Assembly (NCBI GenBank): GCA_002189035.1
Contig: NEEC01000018.1
Coordinates: forward strand, 310,001-374,000
Source of the DNA: Utricularia gibba
Lineage: Eukaryota; Plantae; Magnoliophyta
Direction: 5' to 3'
DNA length: 64,000 nucleotides
Part shown: positions 12,400 to 26,044 of the stretch, in pieces
How positions within the stretch are numbered: the stretch's first letter is position 1
Layout of the letters: the number at the start of each line of letters is the position of its first letter
Program-made: the position numbers and the translations under genes
The notes under the pieces: generated by a model
What the model saw: only the letters and a program-made list of their open reading frames with translations
Told to the model about the DNA's origin: nothing
Databases searched by the model: none

Positions 12400-15300
12400 A
12401 ATTCATCCACGAGCAGTGAAAGTGTTCTTAGAAGCAATCGTAAAAGTTGGAGGTGTGAGAATATTCTTGGCAACCTATGACAGAATAGAATAATGGGAAG
12501 ATTGATTCTTTCAACATTAAAGTATATTAAAGTTGTCCCTCTTGTTACCATATAATTGATGTATTGCATCCAACATCATTGGCCATTGTTCCCTTGCTAG
12601 AAAAAACATAGACCTACACCATAGATCAACAATCATATGTAGTTGATACCATGACATTGTCATTCTCAACTTCTGATTGAATAGATTTCACAATATCTAC
12701 ATTAAGATTATACAACTCATATAAGTGTTCTAAAGTTGAAAGATCAGTCTCATGTAAATTTTTAGCATTCAAATCCACACTAATCATGCTACGAAATTAT
12801 AAAAAGCACAATGCACATTCAAATCAGCAAGCAAACCTAATCCTTGAACTTGAAGATTAATCATATTGGCCACTAGCAGCAAAGAAGTAATATGATTATA
12901 ATATTTCAAAAACTTTGAAATCATTTTTTAAATCATTAAAATATTTTGAAATGATAAAAAGCATTGACTTCTTCCACTGGCATTTCAGGAACTCTCGATC
13001 TAGAGTCAATGTGAGATGACATAGAACTTGAGGTTCTTTGATATCCTTCCCTTTGTTGAAACAAGGCTTGAAGACCAAACTTCAACGTGTCGCTCATTGT
13101 TGCAAGTTGAGCCAATACTTCTGAGTTGTCCACTCCATAGACCGCTTTCGCTGTTGCAATGTTTCCACCAGGCGGTCTATAGGAGTTGTCATAGCAATTG
13201 GCTGTGGAATAGGAATTAACAGCCATTTGTTCAATGAGTCTCCGAGCATCAGCACTGTGACGGTTCGCTAATAATGATCCATTACAAGCGGCATCCATCT
13301 GTCCTCGGATCATAGGAGTCAATCCTTCATAAAAGTGCTGCAAGATCTGGCCTTCAGTGAGTCCATGCTGAGGGTAGGAGTTGCAAATTCGGTTGAAATG
13401 ATCATAATACTCCTGCAAGTTTTCTCCTTCGCTTTGCATCATAGTTGTTAAGGCTCTCCTTCTAGTTGAAGCTCTTCTTAGTGGTGCATAGCGATCCAAG
13501 AATTTTTGAACCATTTGCTCCCATGTGGCGATCATGAAGGTGGAAGTGCATTGAGCCACTTCAAAGCTCGTTTGGTAAGACTGAAAGGAAAAACTCTAAG
13601 CTTGACTTGATTCTCTGTGGCTCGCTTGGGGTGCATGGATGCACAAGTCGTGTGCAACTCACATAGATGATGGTAGGGTCATCATTTTCCCTTCCAACAA
13701 ACTTTGGAAGCGTCTGGAATAAGTAAGGATGTAGTTCATAGTCTTCTTCTCCATCAAAGATGATGCATAAGGGACGGTCTGAATGATTTGCAGTGATTTC
13801 TTCCTTGATGGTCCATAGTGCTGGTCCACGGTTAGCGGGAAGTAGTACTGGAAAGTTTCCATGAGGTTGTTCGCCCTGGGTCTCAGGCACTATTGGTACT
13901 CCAATGGGTATATGCGCTGCCATGATGTTTCTAGTGGTTGAACAGGACATCTGCTTTCTCTTTTTGGAAAGAAAGGTTCGTTCCACCTCTTGGTCCAAAG
14001 GGTATAGAACTTCTAGGTAGGATCTCAGGCTTGGACGAACCCTTGGTGGATCTAGTTGCATAAAAAGAGAAAAACAGAGCAGAAATAGAAACAAGAAAAA
14101 GAAACTATAAGGAAAAGAAAGAAAAAGAAGAAAGAAAAAAAAAAAAATAAAAGAAAACTAAAAAAGAAAAACGAAACTCACACACACAACACCAAACACA
14201 AAAAAATTTAAACTCCCCAGCAACGGCGCCAAAAATTTGATGCATGTCATTTTCAAAACAAATTTTAATATTTTTAGAAATCTTAAAACACAAAAGCGTA
14301 GTACGGGTGTCGAACACAGGGAGTTGTTTTTCAGTGAAAGATGATGTTACACTAAATATAGCTATCACGATTTGTAAAAAGTTTGACAGGAGCCAAATCA
14401 TAGACACATCACCGGAGTGAGTTTGTAGCATAAAGATGGGAGAAACGTAAATAATGAAGCTTGAGTAAGGGAATAAGAGGGGTTTTGAACAGAGAACTGA
14501 AATGAACGTAAGTGATGAACCTCAAATAAAGTGAATGTTCCTGGGTATGGAATCTTGTCCAGCTATGTTCGTTGCATCTTCACTCTTCTTTGATCTTCTC
14601 GAGTATTCGGTTAGAGTAATATGTAATTTCCTATCCTCCCTTACACTCTCTTGCAAGAAGGCACGAGAATAGCCCGATGTTGTTCCTACTTGGACGAATG
14701 TCAGAATAAGAGGTCCTACCGGCGTACCCTCACGGCCGAACTGTCCGCGTGTGCCTGAGTGTTGCCAATGACCCAATGAGTCCAGATATGAGGTCACTAC
14801 CTATCCATTGATCCTGAGGTACATCCACATACAAAATGTTGTCTTCCTCCTACAAAAAGGGCACGAGTTGGTGCTCTCTACCTTGCTCCTCTCCAAAACT
14901 TGCGGGTAATGATCAGTTAACCATGAATCTTGAAGAAGGAGACTGTTACAGAAAAACTGCAATATAGTCGCACGAAGACATATGAAACCCGTTCGGATTC
15001 AAAGAAGAGATGAAGATAAGCTGCGAACAGCCATACAAACTAAAGGAAATGAAAACAAGGTTCTAGAGAGAAGCTAGAGGAAAATCCTCTAGAGAGAGAA
15101 ACAAAGTCTAAACTAAACTAACTACTGCCTCGCTTGTCCGAACTAAACTGAGCTGAACTATTTTGCCTGATATTTCGTGTTCCTCTGGTTCTACTAGAAA
15201 GGTTGGGACACCCCCGGATCTATGTTTCGTTAGCTTATCTTCATCTCTTCTTTGAATCCGAACGAGTTTCGTATGTCTTTGCACGACTATGTTGTAGTCT

Positions 15301-16650
15301 TTCTGTAGCAGTCCCTTTATTCAAGATTCATGGTTAACTGATCACTACCCGCGAGATTTGGAGAGGAAACAAGGTGGAGAGCACCAACTTGTGCCCTTTT
15401 TGCAGGAGGAAGACAACGTTTTGTCTGTGGCCGTATCTCAGGATCAATGGACAAGTAGTGACCTCGTATCTGGACTCATTGGGTTATTGACAACACTCGG
15501 TCACACGCGCGCAATTTGGACGTTCGTCCAAGGAGGAACAACATTGGGCTACGTGCCTTGTTGCAAAGAGAGTGTAAGGGAGGGTAGACAATTCCTTACT
15601 CCTATAACCGAGTACTCTAGAAGACCAAAGAAGAGTGAAGACACAACAAACATAGCTGGGCAGGATTCCAAATCCAAGAACCTTCACTTTATTTAAGGTT
15701 CATCACTTACGTTAATTTCAGTTGTTTGTTCAAAACCCCTCTTATTCCTTTACTCAAGCTTCATCATTTACGTTTCTCGCACCTTTACGTCCAAACCATT
15801 TACAAATCGTAACAATTGTATTTAGTGTAACCTCATCATTCACTGAAAAACAACTCTTTGCGTTCGATACCCGTATTACGCTTTTGTATTTTACGAGTTT
15901 TAAAAATATTAAAATTTATTGTGAAAACGACACAAATCAGACATCTAGAATCAAATAAAGCACAACTAACATAGGATTTATGGAAGTTTTCAGAGATTTC
16001 ATAATAGTTCAATTATTAGATGCATTATCAAATGTAATTGAGAAAATACGATCAAATATATCATATTCATGAGATATATCAGTAATTATAACGTACACCA
16101 ATTTGAGGATTATCACAAGGCCGAAACCCAAGGATTCTTTTTTCAATGATCCAATTAGAATTAATCCAATAAACAGTACTTAGAATATAGTTTTCATTAG
16201 TTATATCACGTCAACTATCACTAGTCAAATGAAACTTACATTTAAGTGATTAAAATAGAGAAATCAAAAGTTCTTTTCTTTCATTGAATTATTCTAAACA
16301 AAGCCTAATAGTTTTCTTCCAGAAAAAGGGACAAATAAAGGCTGTATTTTGTTTGTAAAAAATTCAAAATCAATAGATTCTCAACTTCGAAAAAAGATTT
16401 TTCATTAGTAATTAAAACAAACACATGGTCAATTTTAGCCATATTTGAATCAAATGTAAATTTGAAACTAATATTACCACCAACAACATCCATTTTTGGC
16501 TTTGTAAGATTTGAAGTATCTCGATCATGGTTTTTGTTCTTAATATGACATACAAAATTGGTAGTAGAACCACGTTTACCATGATTAGTACAATAGAGAT
16601 TTGAAGTATCTCGATCAGGGTCATGGCAGTGCAATGAAGATGATATGCGC
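12400..16650 (-). mobile_element. Second degenerate hAT transposase (Ac/Tam3 type), interrupted by the Athila-like fragment
   Basis: Minus-strand remnants: GSTTNFVCHIKNKNH (BED-like, ~16530), YWINSNWIIEKK (~16140-16180), FDRIFSITFDNASNN (~16010-16056, catalytic motif), ANMINLQVQGL (~12840-12875) and VAKNILTPPTFTIASKNTFTARG (dimerisation domain, ~12405-12474). Confidence 0.7.
12955..15939 (-). mobile_element. 5'-part of an Athila-like Ty3/gypsy element: fold-back LTR (14238-15939), PBS, frameshifted gag, truncated after gag
   Basis: PBS TGGCGCCGTTGCTGGGG (plus 14215-14231) is the tRNA-Asp type used by Athila. gag lies in ORFs 13561-14094 (LYPLDQEVERTF) and 12936-13559 (TWEQMVQKFLDRY...QSEGENLQEYYDHF...QILQHFYEGL), with a frameshift near 13560. 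Confidence 0.88.
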
Positions 16651-19600
16651 TTGTTCTAGGTTAAATGAGCTCCTCCAGCATCTCCAACATATTCATCCTC
16701 CATTTCCACAACATCGACGTCAATGTTATCATTGTGCAGTCGTGGGACAGAACGGTTCAACAATTCAAAGATTATACACAAACAGAAATATAAAAATCGA
16801 GATAAAAGATCATAAGTAGTGAAAAGCATCAAAATACAAAAGAAATCATGTTGAAAATCCCATTGAAAACATATAGAAAATTATAGAAATGAAACTATTT
16901 CAACCCCTAGATGCGATATTCGAAAAGTTAGTGTCAAGGTCACAATACTATTTTTTGTTGGCTTAGGCCTGATAATTAAGCTTGATAAAAAGACAGATAA
17001 TGAGTCATTACATTGACCTAAAGTAGTTTTTGATATAAAAGAATTGAGTTAATTCAATGAGTAGATTTGTACCTATGAACGTCTACTCGACTAATACTCT
17101 TTTCCACACGAGTACGATTCATGAGTCGACTCACTACAGGTCAACTTGCCAAGTCTATAGGTTAACCCGTATTTGTGTCCACCTCGATGAATATGTGATA
17201 CAAATGAGTTCTTTTAGATATTAAGATAATATGTTTGCAAAAATTTCCATTTCAACAAATTGTTAAGAATAATAACTTACAATCAAATATGATCTATTAT
17301 ATTTTTTAAATTATATATATATATGTATAGCTCAATGATGAAGGTCATTTGGATCAAATATCTTTTATTAAAGGATCTTGTGGTGAAGATTCTTGGACAA
17401 ACAAATTCATCTTTAGGTTTTGAAAAAAATTAGAAAGTTTTGATAATATATACAAATAAATATAATTGACTGGAGCAAAATGACTTATTGATCTAATATT
17501 TGTGTAATATAATAGCAAACTTGGATAAATTATATTTTTAATATTTAATTTATTGATTAAATTTTGATTAATGTGTAACAAATTTATGTGTATTTAATTC
17601 GTAGATAACATTTCGACAGTGAGTACTATAATCCTATTGATGTTGGTCATATTGATGAGATTGATAATGGGATTATTTGAAAATGATGATAATTCATTTA
17701 TTGATTGGATGATATAGAAAATGGTATTTATAAATAGATAAATGCAGAAAAACTTGATGATGATTAATTAAATGATGGTTAATTCAATTTTACTTTGTGA
17801 ATTTGATATTTTATGTTTTTCAAATTATTGTAGTTTTGTTGATGGCTAATTGATTATATTATTGATCGTACAGATTTAGACTTATCGATTTAATAAGAAA
17901 TTCAATATGATGACATTTAAAATTATGAAATTCTCAACATCATTAATTTAGAGATAGATAATAAAGACGACAGTGGATTCAGTAAAAATAAACATGTTGG
18001 TAATAAGGATATGGAAGACTTAGATATTCACGCTTTTATTAATAGAAATGCATAAGATGTGCATTTTTAAATTTATTTAGTATTATGTAATTGTTATTTT
18101 GAAAAATATAAAATATTCATATTAATTTCGAATATGATCGATCGTGCACCAGTCAGGTTCTTATTTCTGGTTTGAAAACATAGTTATAATATGCAAATTT
18201 ATTCAAACATACACTATTTTGCAAACAAACTTATTTTCTCTTCTGTGATTCACCAATTTTTCCTAGTTCACAAGGAATAATTAGGAACTTCACAGAATTC
18301 GCTCTCATCTCCTTGGGGGTTGTACGTCTTCACCTATAATCTAGAAGAAAATACCTCATTCATCCTCTTTCTTCCTTATATTTGTGCCCAAAAAGTTCTG
18401 GAGGTTGATGAGATTTTTCCTTTCTTTGTTATTTATCTGGGTCAAATCTGTTGGAAGATAAACTTGACTTAGAAAGGTTAAACTACTAGACGGAAGATAA
18501 GACTAGGAAGTTACAGCAGATACTAAGAAGTTCTTAGGATAAATATATCAAACATGTATGCACTAAAACACTGATATTGAATGCAATAATTTTACGTAAC
18601 TTTTCCTGGTATCTTTCCTTTGGAGCATTTCCTCAAACATATGCTGTGCAGATTTGTGTTTCGTAATCGACCAAAACCTGCAAACAAGTATACCAGATAC
18701 GATCACTCACCGAAAATACACAATTCCTCCAACAAAATCGCCAAAATGCGGTAATAACCACTAAGTGCATAGACTTGCAAGGTGATGTTGTTGGGAACCT
18801 CGTCGGACAAATGCTTGACGAAAGTCCTTATCCGGCTAACTTGGCAATAAAGGAAGGTTTATCATATTATCCGCACTATTTAAACATGTCCAACAGGCTC
18901 TCTACAAGGTATTCCTTATCGTATGGTCTACTCCTGTCTTTACCGTTGTCGGCTAGAGCTTAACACGATTGGACAATTACAAGAGAGACAACAAGGATAG
19001 CACTATCTCATTTGAGCGCAAATCAATTTATGACATTGTTTGTGGGTTCAGTTTTATAAAGAGAATGCAAATTCATCTGTTAGTAAGAAATAATACACCT
19101 ACAACTGCTTGTAATTATCGGACCTTCCATCCATAAAGCGTGCCTGGTGTATTAAATATACCACATGGACGGCCTCTTTCGCAAAATATCCCACTTATGA
19201 AAAGGTGTTTGCTGAATTCCCACCATTTAGAAAACTCAACTGAATACTCTTTACTTTTTGTTTGTTTGTTAAATATCCCTATTTAAGTCAACAGAAATAA
19301 TAAAATAATAATTTTTTTTAATATAATAAAAATAATTAATAAATACGTTTACATATATATATAGGCTTCGTTGTTGACAACGCTTGATGAACATAAATTA
19401 TAAACATGCAAATAAATAATGATTACAATATACAAATATATTCAAAATAAATCATAAATTTATATTCGATCATATTAATAATTAATAATTGAATGACAAC
19501 GTACAATATAAGTTCATAATGAATAACAAATAAATACTTAATTCAAATAATTTCAAATTCTAAAATGACATTTAACATAAATTTAAAATAAAGAATAAAA

Positions 19601-19684
19601 AAATTTGATCTGTATAATTCAAATTATCTAATGATCTGTAATATAATCACTTAAATATATAACTAATACATACTCAATCTAAAA

Positions 19685-22600
19685 GAGAAAATTTCAAATT
19701 TACCATTAATGTTTTCTCTAAAATTCATTTTTGTCATCAAACTTTTACGATTTCATTTTTACCATTAAACATGTATAACTTGTTTCATTTTTACTATTAG
19801 AGTATAAACCAATTTAAAAATATTGAAAAACGGCTCAATTCAAAAACCGTTCAAGAATGATGATTTTAAGTTAATAAGACACTTGCTTCTTCAGCTTGAC
19901 TCGGGTTTTGCTAGGAGAGATCTGACTTTAGTTAGTGAGGCTGAATTTGATAGAGTCACAACATTAGAGAGTGAAATGGATGGTCATGACATCCGTATAG
20001 AGATGAGTAAAGATTCTTAAAATTGGGCAAGCTTGGATGATCTTGTATTTGTTGAAAATGTTGTTGAAAGTCAAAAAAATGTTTCAAAAATTCTTGTTGA
20101 AAATGATAAAAAGGTTGTTGAAGTTGATGCTTGTTTTTTCACGGACAATGTTAATGAAAATGACAGTGAAAATGATTCTGAAGAAAGTGAAGATAAAGGT
20201 GTTTGTGACTCTCATTGCAGTGATGAAGAATTTTGTTGTGAAGAAGATCATGATTTTACAAGAGAGGGTGAGGCTTTTAAGAAGTTTGTAGATTCATGTG
20301 TAGAGTCTAGAATTAATGATGAAAGTATTGTGAGTGTTTGTCAGAGCTTGAGAGATAATATTGGTTTTGAAGGTAATATGAATGATATGGACTCAGGTTA
20401 TGATTTGGGAAGTCTCCAAGAGTTAGATGAAGAAGAAATCAGCAAGACTCCTCTATATAATCTTAAGAGTGATGCTTAAGATCCCAGTTTGGTTAACGGT
20501 TTGGTTTTTAACTCTAAAGAAGAAGCAAGATTTTCCATTCAGACAATGGAATGAAACATGGCAAAGATTTCATATTTCGCACTGACATACAAAGAGTGAT
20601 TGTTACATACAGAGCCAATGGATGTCCATGGTGCATCTATGTTTCCAAAAAAAAAAATGACAAAGGTTGGCTCATAAAAAGTTTCAATAACGACATCAAG
20701 GATGTGCTAGAAGTAGAGCAAATATTGGTTTAAGAACCAGCTATCTAGCAAAGAAATTTCTGCATAAATTCATTGATAATCCAAAACTTGTTTTGAAGGA
20801 GTTTAGGATGGATTTGATTAAAAATTTACGAACTGAAATTTTGAAATCAAAGGCCTTTAGAGCAAGGAAAAAAGCATTACATATTTTGAACAAGATTGAT
20901 TCTGAACAATGGAGTTTGATTCGAAATTATGTTGCTGAGATATTAAGATCAAATCTTGGGTCTACAGTGCATTTGCAGCCCTTTGATTTTGAGAAAACAG
21001 AATACAAGAGATTCAAGAGTTTGTATGTTTGCTTGGCGGCTTTAAAAGAAAACTTTAAATCCGGTTGTCGGAAAGTTGTGGGAGTTGATGGATGTTTTCT
21101 TAAAGGAGGCTTTAATGGCCAATTATTAACTGATGTTGGAATAGATGCTAATAATGAGATTTTTTCGATAGCATATGCAGTTGTAGAAATTGAAAATCAA
21201 TGGAGTTGGAAAGAGTTTCTTGAATTACTTAAGGAAGATCTTGAGGTTGTAGATGAACTTGAATGGACATTTATTTCTAACAAACAAAAGGGGTTGTTGG
21301 AGGCTTTCGAATAATTGATGTCAAATGTTGAAAATAGGTTTTGTGTTAGACACTTGCACTCTAACATGAAGACTGCTGGTCATAGTAGCATTAAACTAAA
21401 AAATCTTCTCTAGGCAGCAGCAAGAGCAACAAAACCTGAGGTTTTTGATGGACATATGAAGGAGCTGAAAAAAACAGACTTAGAAGCTTACAAATGGTTG
21501 CAAAAGAGGCCTGCAAACCAATGGAGTAGAGCGTTTTCCAGGATGACCAATAAGTGTGATACATTGCTAAACAATGCGTGTGAATGCTTCAATAGTGTGA
21601 TTGTTGAAGCGAGAGAGAAACCAATTCGTGGTTTATTAGAAGGAATTCGTAATTATCTCATGACAAGAGTGACAACAAATCTTGAAACTGCACAAAAGTG
21701 GACAGACACTATTTACCCTAGAATTCACCAATTTTTTGAAAAAATCATGGAAGAAGTTGGAAATATGATTCCAATAGGTATGACAAAAACAATTATCAAA
21801 TCATGGGACCATTTGAACAGCACACAATGAATATGGAAATAAGACTTGCACTTGCAGGAAGTGGGAGTTGATAGGAATTCCTTGTAAACATGCCATATTA
21901 GTCATGTGGGTAAGGAAGGAGAGGCCGGAAGGCTATATAACTGAATGCTACACTGTTTCAACATACATACGATGTTATAAACATGCTATAATGGGAATCA
22001 CTAGTCCCACTTTTTGGCATAAACTTAATTTTCCACCACCTATCCCTCCAATGTTTGAGAGAAAAAATTGGGAGGCCTAAAAAACTGAGGAAAAAGCAGA
22101 TGGATGAACCTCCTGGTAATCCCCACAAGCTTTCTACAAAGAGATTCAATAATCAGTGTAGCCGTTGTAAAGAAACTGGACACAATGCCAAAAGTTTCAA
22201 GATGGCACCTGCAACGCAACCTGAAGATGAAGGCCAACAGGTTGTTTCTAATCTCAAAATGAAATCAAATAAAAAAATGTGGTAAATTGTATATTTCAAT
22301 TATAAATTACATGTTTTTATTGTGCACTATTTTTTTCTTTGAAATAGTCCAAGAAGCCAAGAGGAGATAATGTGAGAAGAGGGCATGGGAGAGGTGGAGG
22401 TCGATGGAACAGTGAGCATTTAAGGCTAAGAAATAATGTCATTGAACACGTTGAAGTTGGCTCATCCAGCATACATGGAGCACCTAGCCAAAGGAAAATG
22501 ACAAAGGTATTTAAAATTGTGTGGTTTTTTGGTATAAAGAAAATTAGCTTTATTGTTATTTATAGAAAACCAAAATGCAACTAGTACGTGGAAAAAACAA

Positions 22601-23119
22601 GGAACTTCTACTACTAGAGCTTCTTTTAAGGTATATGAAGTGTAATCTTTTTATATACTGCAGTTCATTTAAACGCATCAAAAGTGTAGATTTGTAAAAT
22701 GATTTTTCTGGATTTTTATGTAGATTTCTCAAACTCAAGCTGTGGTTGATGCACCTATCATCGTGAATGATAGAAGAAGTTACATCACTTTATCTAATTT
22801 GAAATCATCATTAAAGGGCTCACATAACAACGATGATGGAAGGTAAGTAGTTAAATCTTAAGATAATAGCTTTCATATGTGTTTTGTTGTGAAATGAAGC
22901 TATAATTATGCCATTCATGTGTTTGTTTTTCATGGATTTACTGTATGAACCGGTCTAAACCGATTCAAATCAATTTTTCAATATTTTTAAACCGGTTTAT
23001 AGTATAATAGTAAAAATGAAACGTGTTCTACATGTTTAATGGAAAAAATGAAATTATGAAAATTTGATGGAAAAATTGAATTTTAGAACAAACATTGATG
23101 ACAAATTTGAAATTTTCTC
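19685..23119 (+). mobile_element. mudrA-like: Structurally complete MULE/MuDR element (3435 bp) with an inactivated transposase
   Basis: ~145-bp TIRs starting GAGAAAATTTCAAATTT at both ends and a 10-bp TSD CAATCTAAAA (19675-19684 and 23120-23129). The transposase is split into ORFs 20033-20479, 20551-20733 (CPWCIYVS), 20793-21314 (VVGVDGCFLKG...VGIDANNEIF...FISNKQKGL), 21456-21830 (NNACECFNS), 21868-22080 (SWIM, GIPCKHA) and 22055-22285 (CSRCKETGHN). Confidence 0.95.
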
Positions 23120-23559
23120 CAATCTAAAATATTTTACATGATCAAATGATACATAATACATATTTAAGATAAATAAATATGCACTTGATACACGTAACAC
23201 CTAAAAGTAAAATGTAGTTGGATTTTAAAATAAAAAATATATAATTGATCCAAATAAAATTTAAAAAACGAGTGTAATACAATTAAATATATTATTGATC
23301 CCAATAATAGCTAAGTATTGATTGATTATTTGATACTTATAAATCACACATGCCTTTACATTTAATGTAAAAATATAATTATATCAATATTTGATAAAAA
23401 AAATAGTTTATATATTTATATTTTTAATTAAGTTAAAAATTGCATTCACATAAATATTTTTTTATTATATGTCGCCCCCAGCATTTTTCATGTAGTCGTG
23501 TAGGGTATGACTTCAATATAAATGATGATGGATTCCAACGAGATTCATCTCAAAGAGGT

Positions 23560-25500
23560 TGGAATTCCTTTATATGTAGCACTTAACATTTTTATCGAAT
23601 TTAGCTTATCCATGAATTTTTGAGATTGAATATTGAAACTATGAAATGCTTATAGAAAGATAAGATTGATGATTTAAATAATTTACAATTTATTAAAGAA
23701 AAGTTTTTTTTTGATAAATCACTAGTTGTGTATGGTTGTAAGGAACTCTAAAACTCTATCAAAATCTAAAGTACAAGTTCTATGTGAAATATCAACTATG
23801 TATAATGTACTCCATGTTGAATCTATCTCCATAACAGAAGCACTCATGGTATTTCTACTGAAGTTATCGACTATAACACCATTAAGTTTTTTTGCTGCTA
23901 ATTTAAATCGCATGTCACCCTTCTTTTCCCATTTCATTCCTTTTGTAGTCATTAACAAAAATTCTCTGCTACATCAACACAATCTTTAAAAAATTCCTTT
24001 GCATTCTCAAATATCGTCTACAATCACAAATTTTTTATATATATTTAGCAAATCTACTATTAATTAAATTATTTTACATACCTAGACAATAGTCGTAGGA
24101 GGAAGCCATCACTCACCACTAAACACTACATCATATTCTTTTGCTTTATCAAATGTAGTGTATAATCATAATCTTTTTTATTATATATTTAGCAAATCTA
24201 CTAGTAATGAAGTTATTTTACATATCTTGATAATGGTCGTAGGTGAAAGCAATTGCTCACTACACTCAATTCATCGTTTCAACATGATTTGTTGTCATAA
24301 TAACGAACCTGCAAATATAATTGTGATATTTATTATAAAATAAATAATAATTGGAATATTACAATGATAACGAAAAAGAAGAATAATAATACAAAAAATA
24401 AAAATAAAAATAAGAGTAAGAATAATAATAATAACAACAACAATAGCAATAATAATAATAATAATAATAATAATAATTAATATACTTTACTCTTTCGTCA
24501 TGTGATAATGTTCATATATTAACCAATTTATAAGTATCAAATAAGGCATATTCCCTATAGTCCATATTAAACCATATAAATATATACTCTTGTATGTGTT
24601 AGACAATTCATGTGTACATGTCCAAGACACAATTGATGGTATCTATAAGGCTCCCAAAATGTTGGCACAATATTTGTGGTGGCTAGAAGTCCAGATCCTC
24701 GATCGCTAATTATGCATGTGGGATAATGACTGTGTACAATGGAGATACCAACTGCGATGAGTAACTTGTAATTATATCAAGTGTAGTAGAAATGCATTCC
24801 GTCAACTTGTATAACAAGTTGGCTATACGCATATCCTTTGATACATGTCCCAAATTCCCAAAACATGTAATGAAGAAAATAACCTTTGGAGTTTCATGAA
24901 TTATGGAAACGAATCATAGTTCAAGGATTAGTGCTTTGTACCTCTTGAAGATATCAAGATAATTTTGTTGTTGACTCCTCCAATGTACCATAAATAATAT
25001 CATATACTCTTATTAGAATTTATCATGCTTTCCTATAGAAACCTTGAACGTAAACTTTTGAACTATCATTCCTTGGATCATGGAAGTTTTAATTCTTGGT
25101 CTATCTCTTGCAACTTCTAAAAATGCCCTTGCATGAAATTCCTTCTATAGATTAACATGTTCTATGGCTAAAGAGTTACAAACATCACAAGTATGAGATT
25201 CCTAAATCGATGTAATTTTCCATACTTGTGTTCATTTATAAAAACATGCTTTCAGATGCCATGCACATCTTAACCGATTGTCATGATTCTCCCACCAAAT
25301 CAACTTATAGTGTAGATTGCATGTCTTTAGCATATCAAATTCTTGTCCAGTAGCTAACATCATTGTATTCACATCATACTCCAATGAAATATCAGATGGA
25401 TAGACGTAGTCTTGCCACATGGGAGGGTTACATTCGTATGGACCAAATTCAATATCCCTATCTTCATTGCTATCAACATGTGAATAATGTTCATTGTAAC
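23560..25500 (-). mobile_element. Highly degenerate second MULE transposase remnant
   Basis: Minus strand: GQEFD (MuDR DBD-like, ~25340), LVIQVDGMHF...KLLIAVGI (~24750-24825), IISDRG (~24695-24712) and YIVDISHRTCT (SWIM-like, ~23780-23810). Confidence 0.6.
24421..24477. repeat. (AAT)n microsatellite with AAC interruptions
   Basis: Read directly. Confidence 0.9.
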
Positions 25501-26044
25501 TTCACATCGTCTCTAGTATATCTTTACTAGAATATGACAATAAATCTTGTGAATAATAAAATCATTGAAATTTTTTTCACACACAAAAGATATGTACATA
25601 TGTGAATGAAGTAGTCATTGCACTTGTGAAATGAATGAGAATGTAGATGTAAAAAATGGGAATGAATATTTGTGTAGAGGATATGAAAATGTATAAAGAA
25701 ACAAAATCAATAGGTAAAACTGAAATGAAAATTTATGTATGATATATGATTTATAAAAAATCTTTATGATATTATATTTACTAGAATAATAAATTTAACT
25801 GTTATAAGTTTTTACAGCTATTTTTTTTCTATAAACTAATGATATAGTTGTTGGATATAGCCATTGAGATCCAACGGCTATTTTTTACATTAAATGTAAG
25901 GATAGTTGTGGTTTACATAAACCACGGTCGTGCCTACTAAACCATGCTCTCCATAGGTGTGGGTTATGTAACTAGAGGTGGGCACAGTTACGGGTTGACC
26001 TATGTGACCCATAGCTCAACCTGTGCTGCATGGGACAGATCATT

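Larger units (their letters stand above)
8150..17700 (+). mobile_element. Degenerate hAT transposase (BED finger + DUF659 type), interrupted by nested insertions
   Basis: Remnants appear in the correct order: KCDFC...GINCVKHHYTCIKGQVIKC (~8190-8300), VEVVEWIRDKNVV*DIMNNA and FWPSCDMCCDNL (~9890-10050), IRFGSNF (~10190), FLNPYLQY (~10470), and EYYNPIDVGHIDEID (~17600-17650). A possible degenerate TIR pair at ~7526 and ~18167-18183 is not confirmed. Confidence 0.7.

Noticed and set aside
14522-15696. Mirrored ORFs 14522-14797 (-) and 15358-15696 (+) that look like a conserved small gene pair
   Set aside because: The similarity is explained by the DNA-level inverted repeat in LTR sequence. There is no domain similarity.
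18185-19260. Possible Tat/Ogre-like LTR and leader fragment
   Set aside because: Composition is retroelement-like, but no convincing PBS, LTR ends, TSD or coding motif could be fixed.
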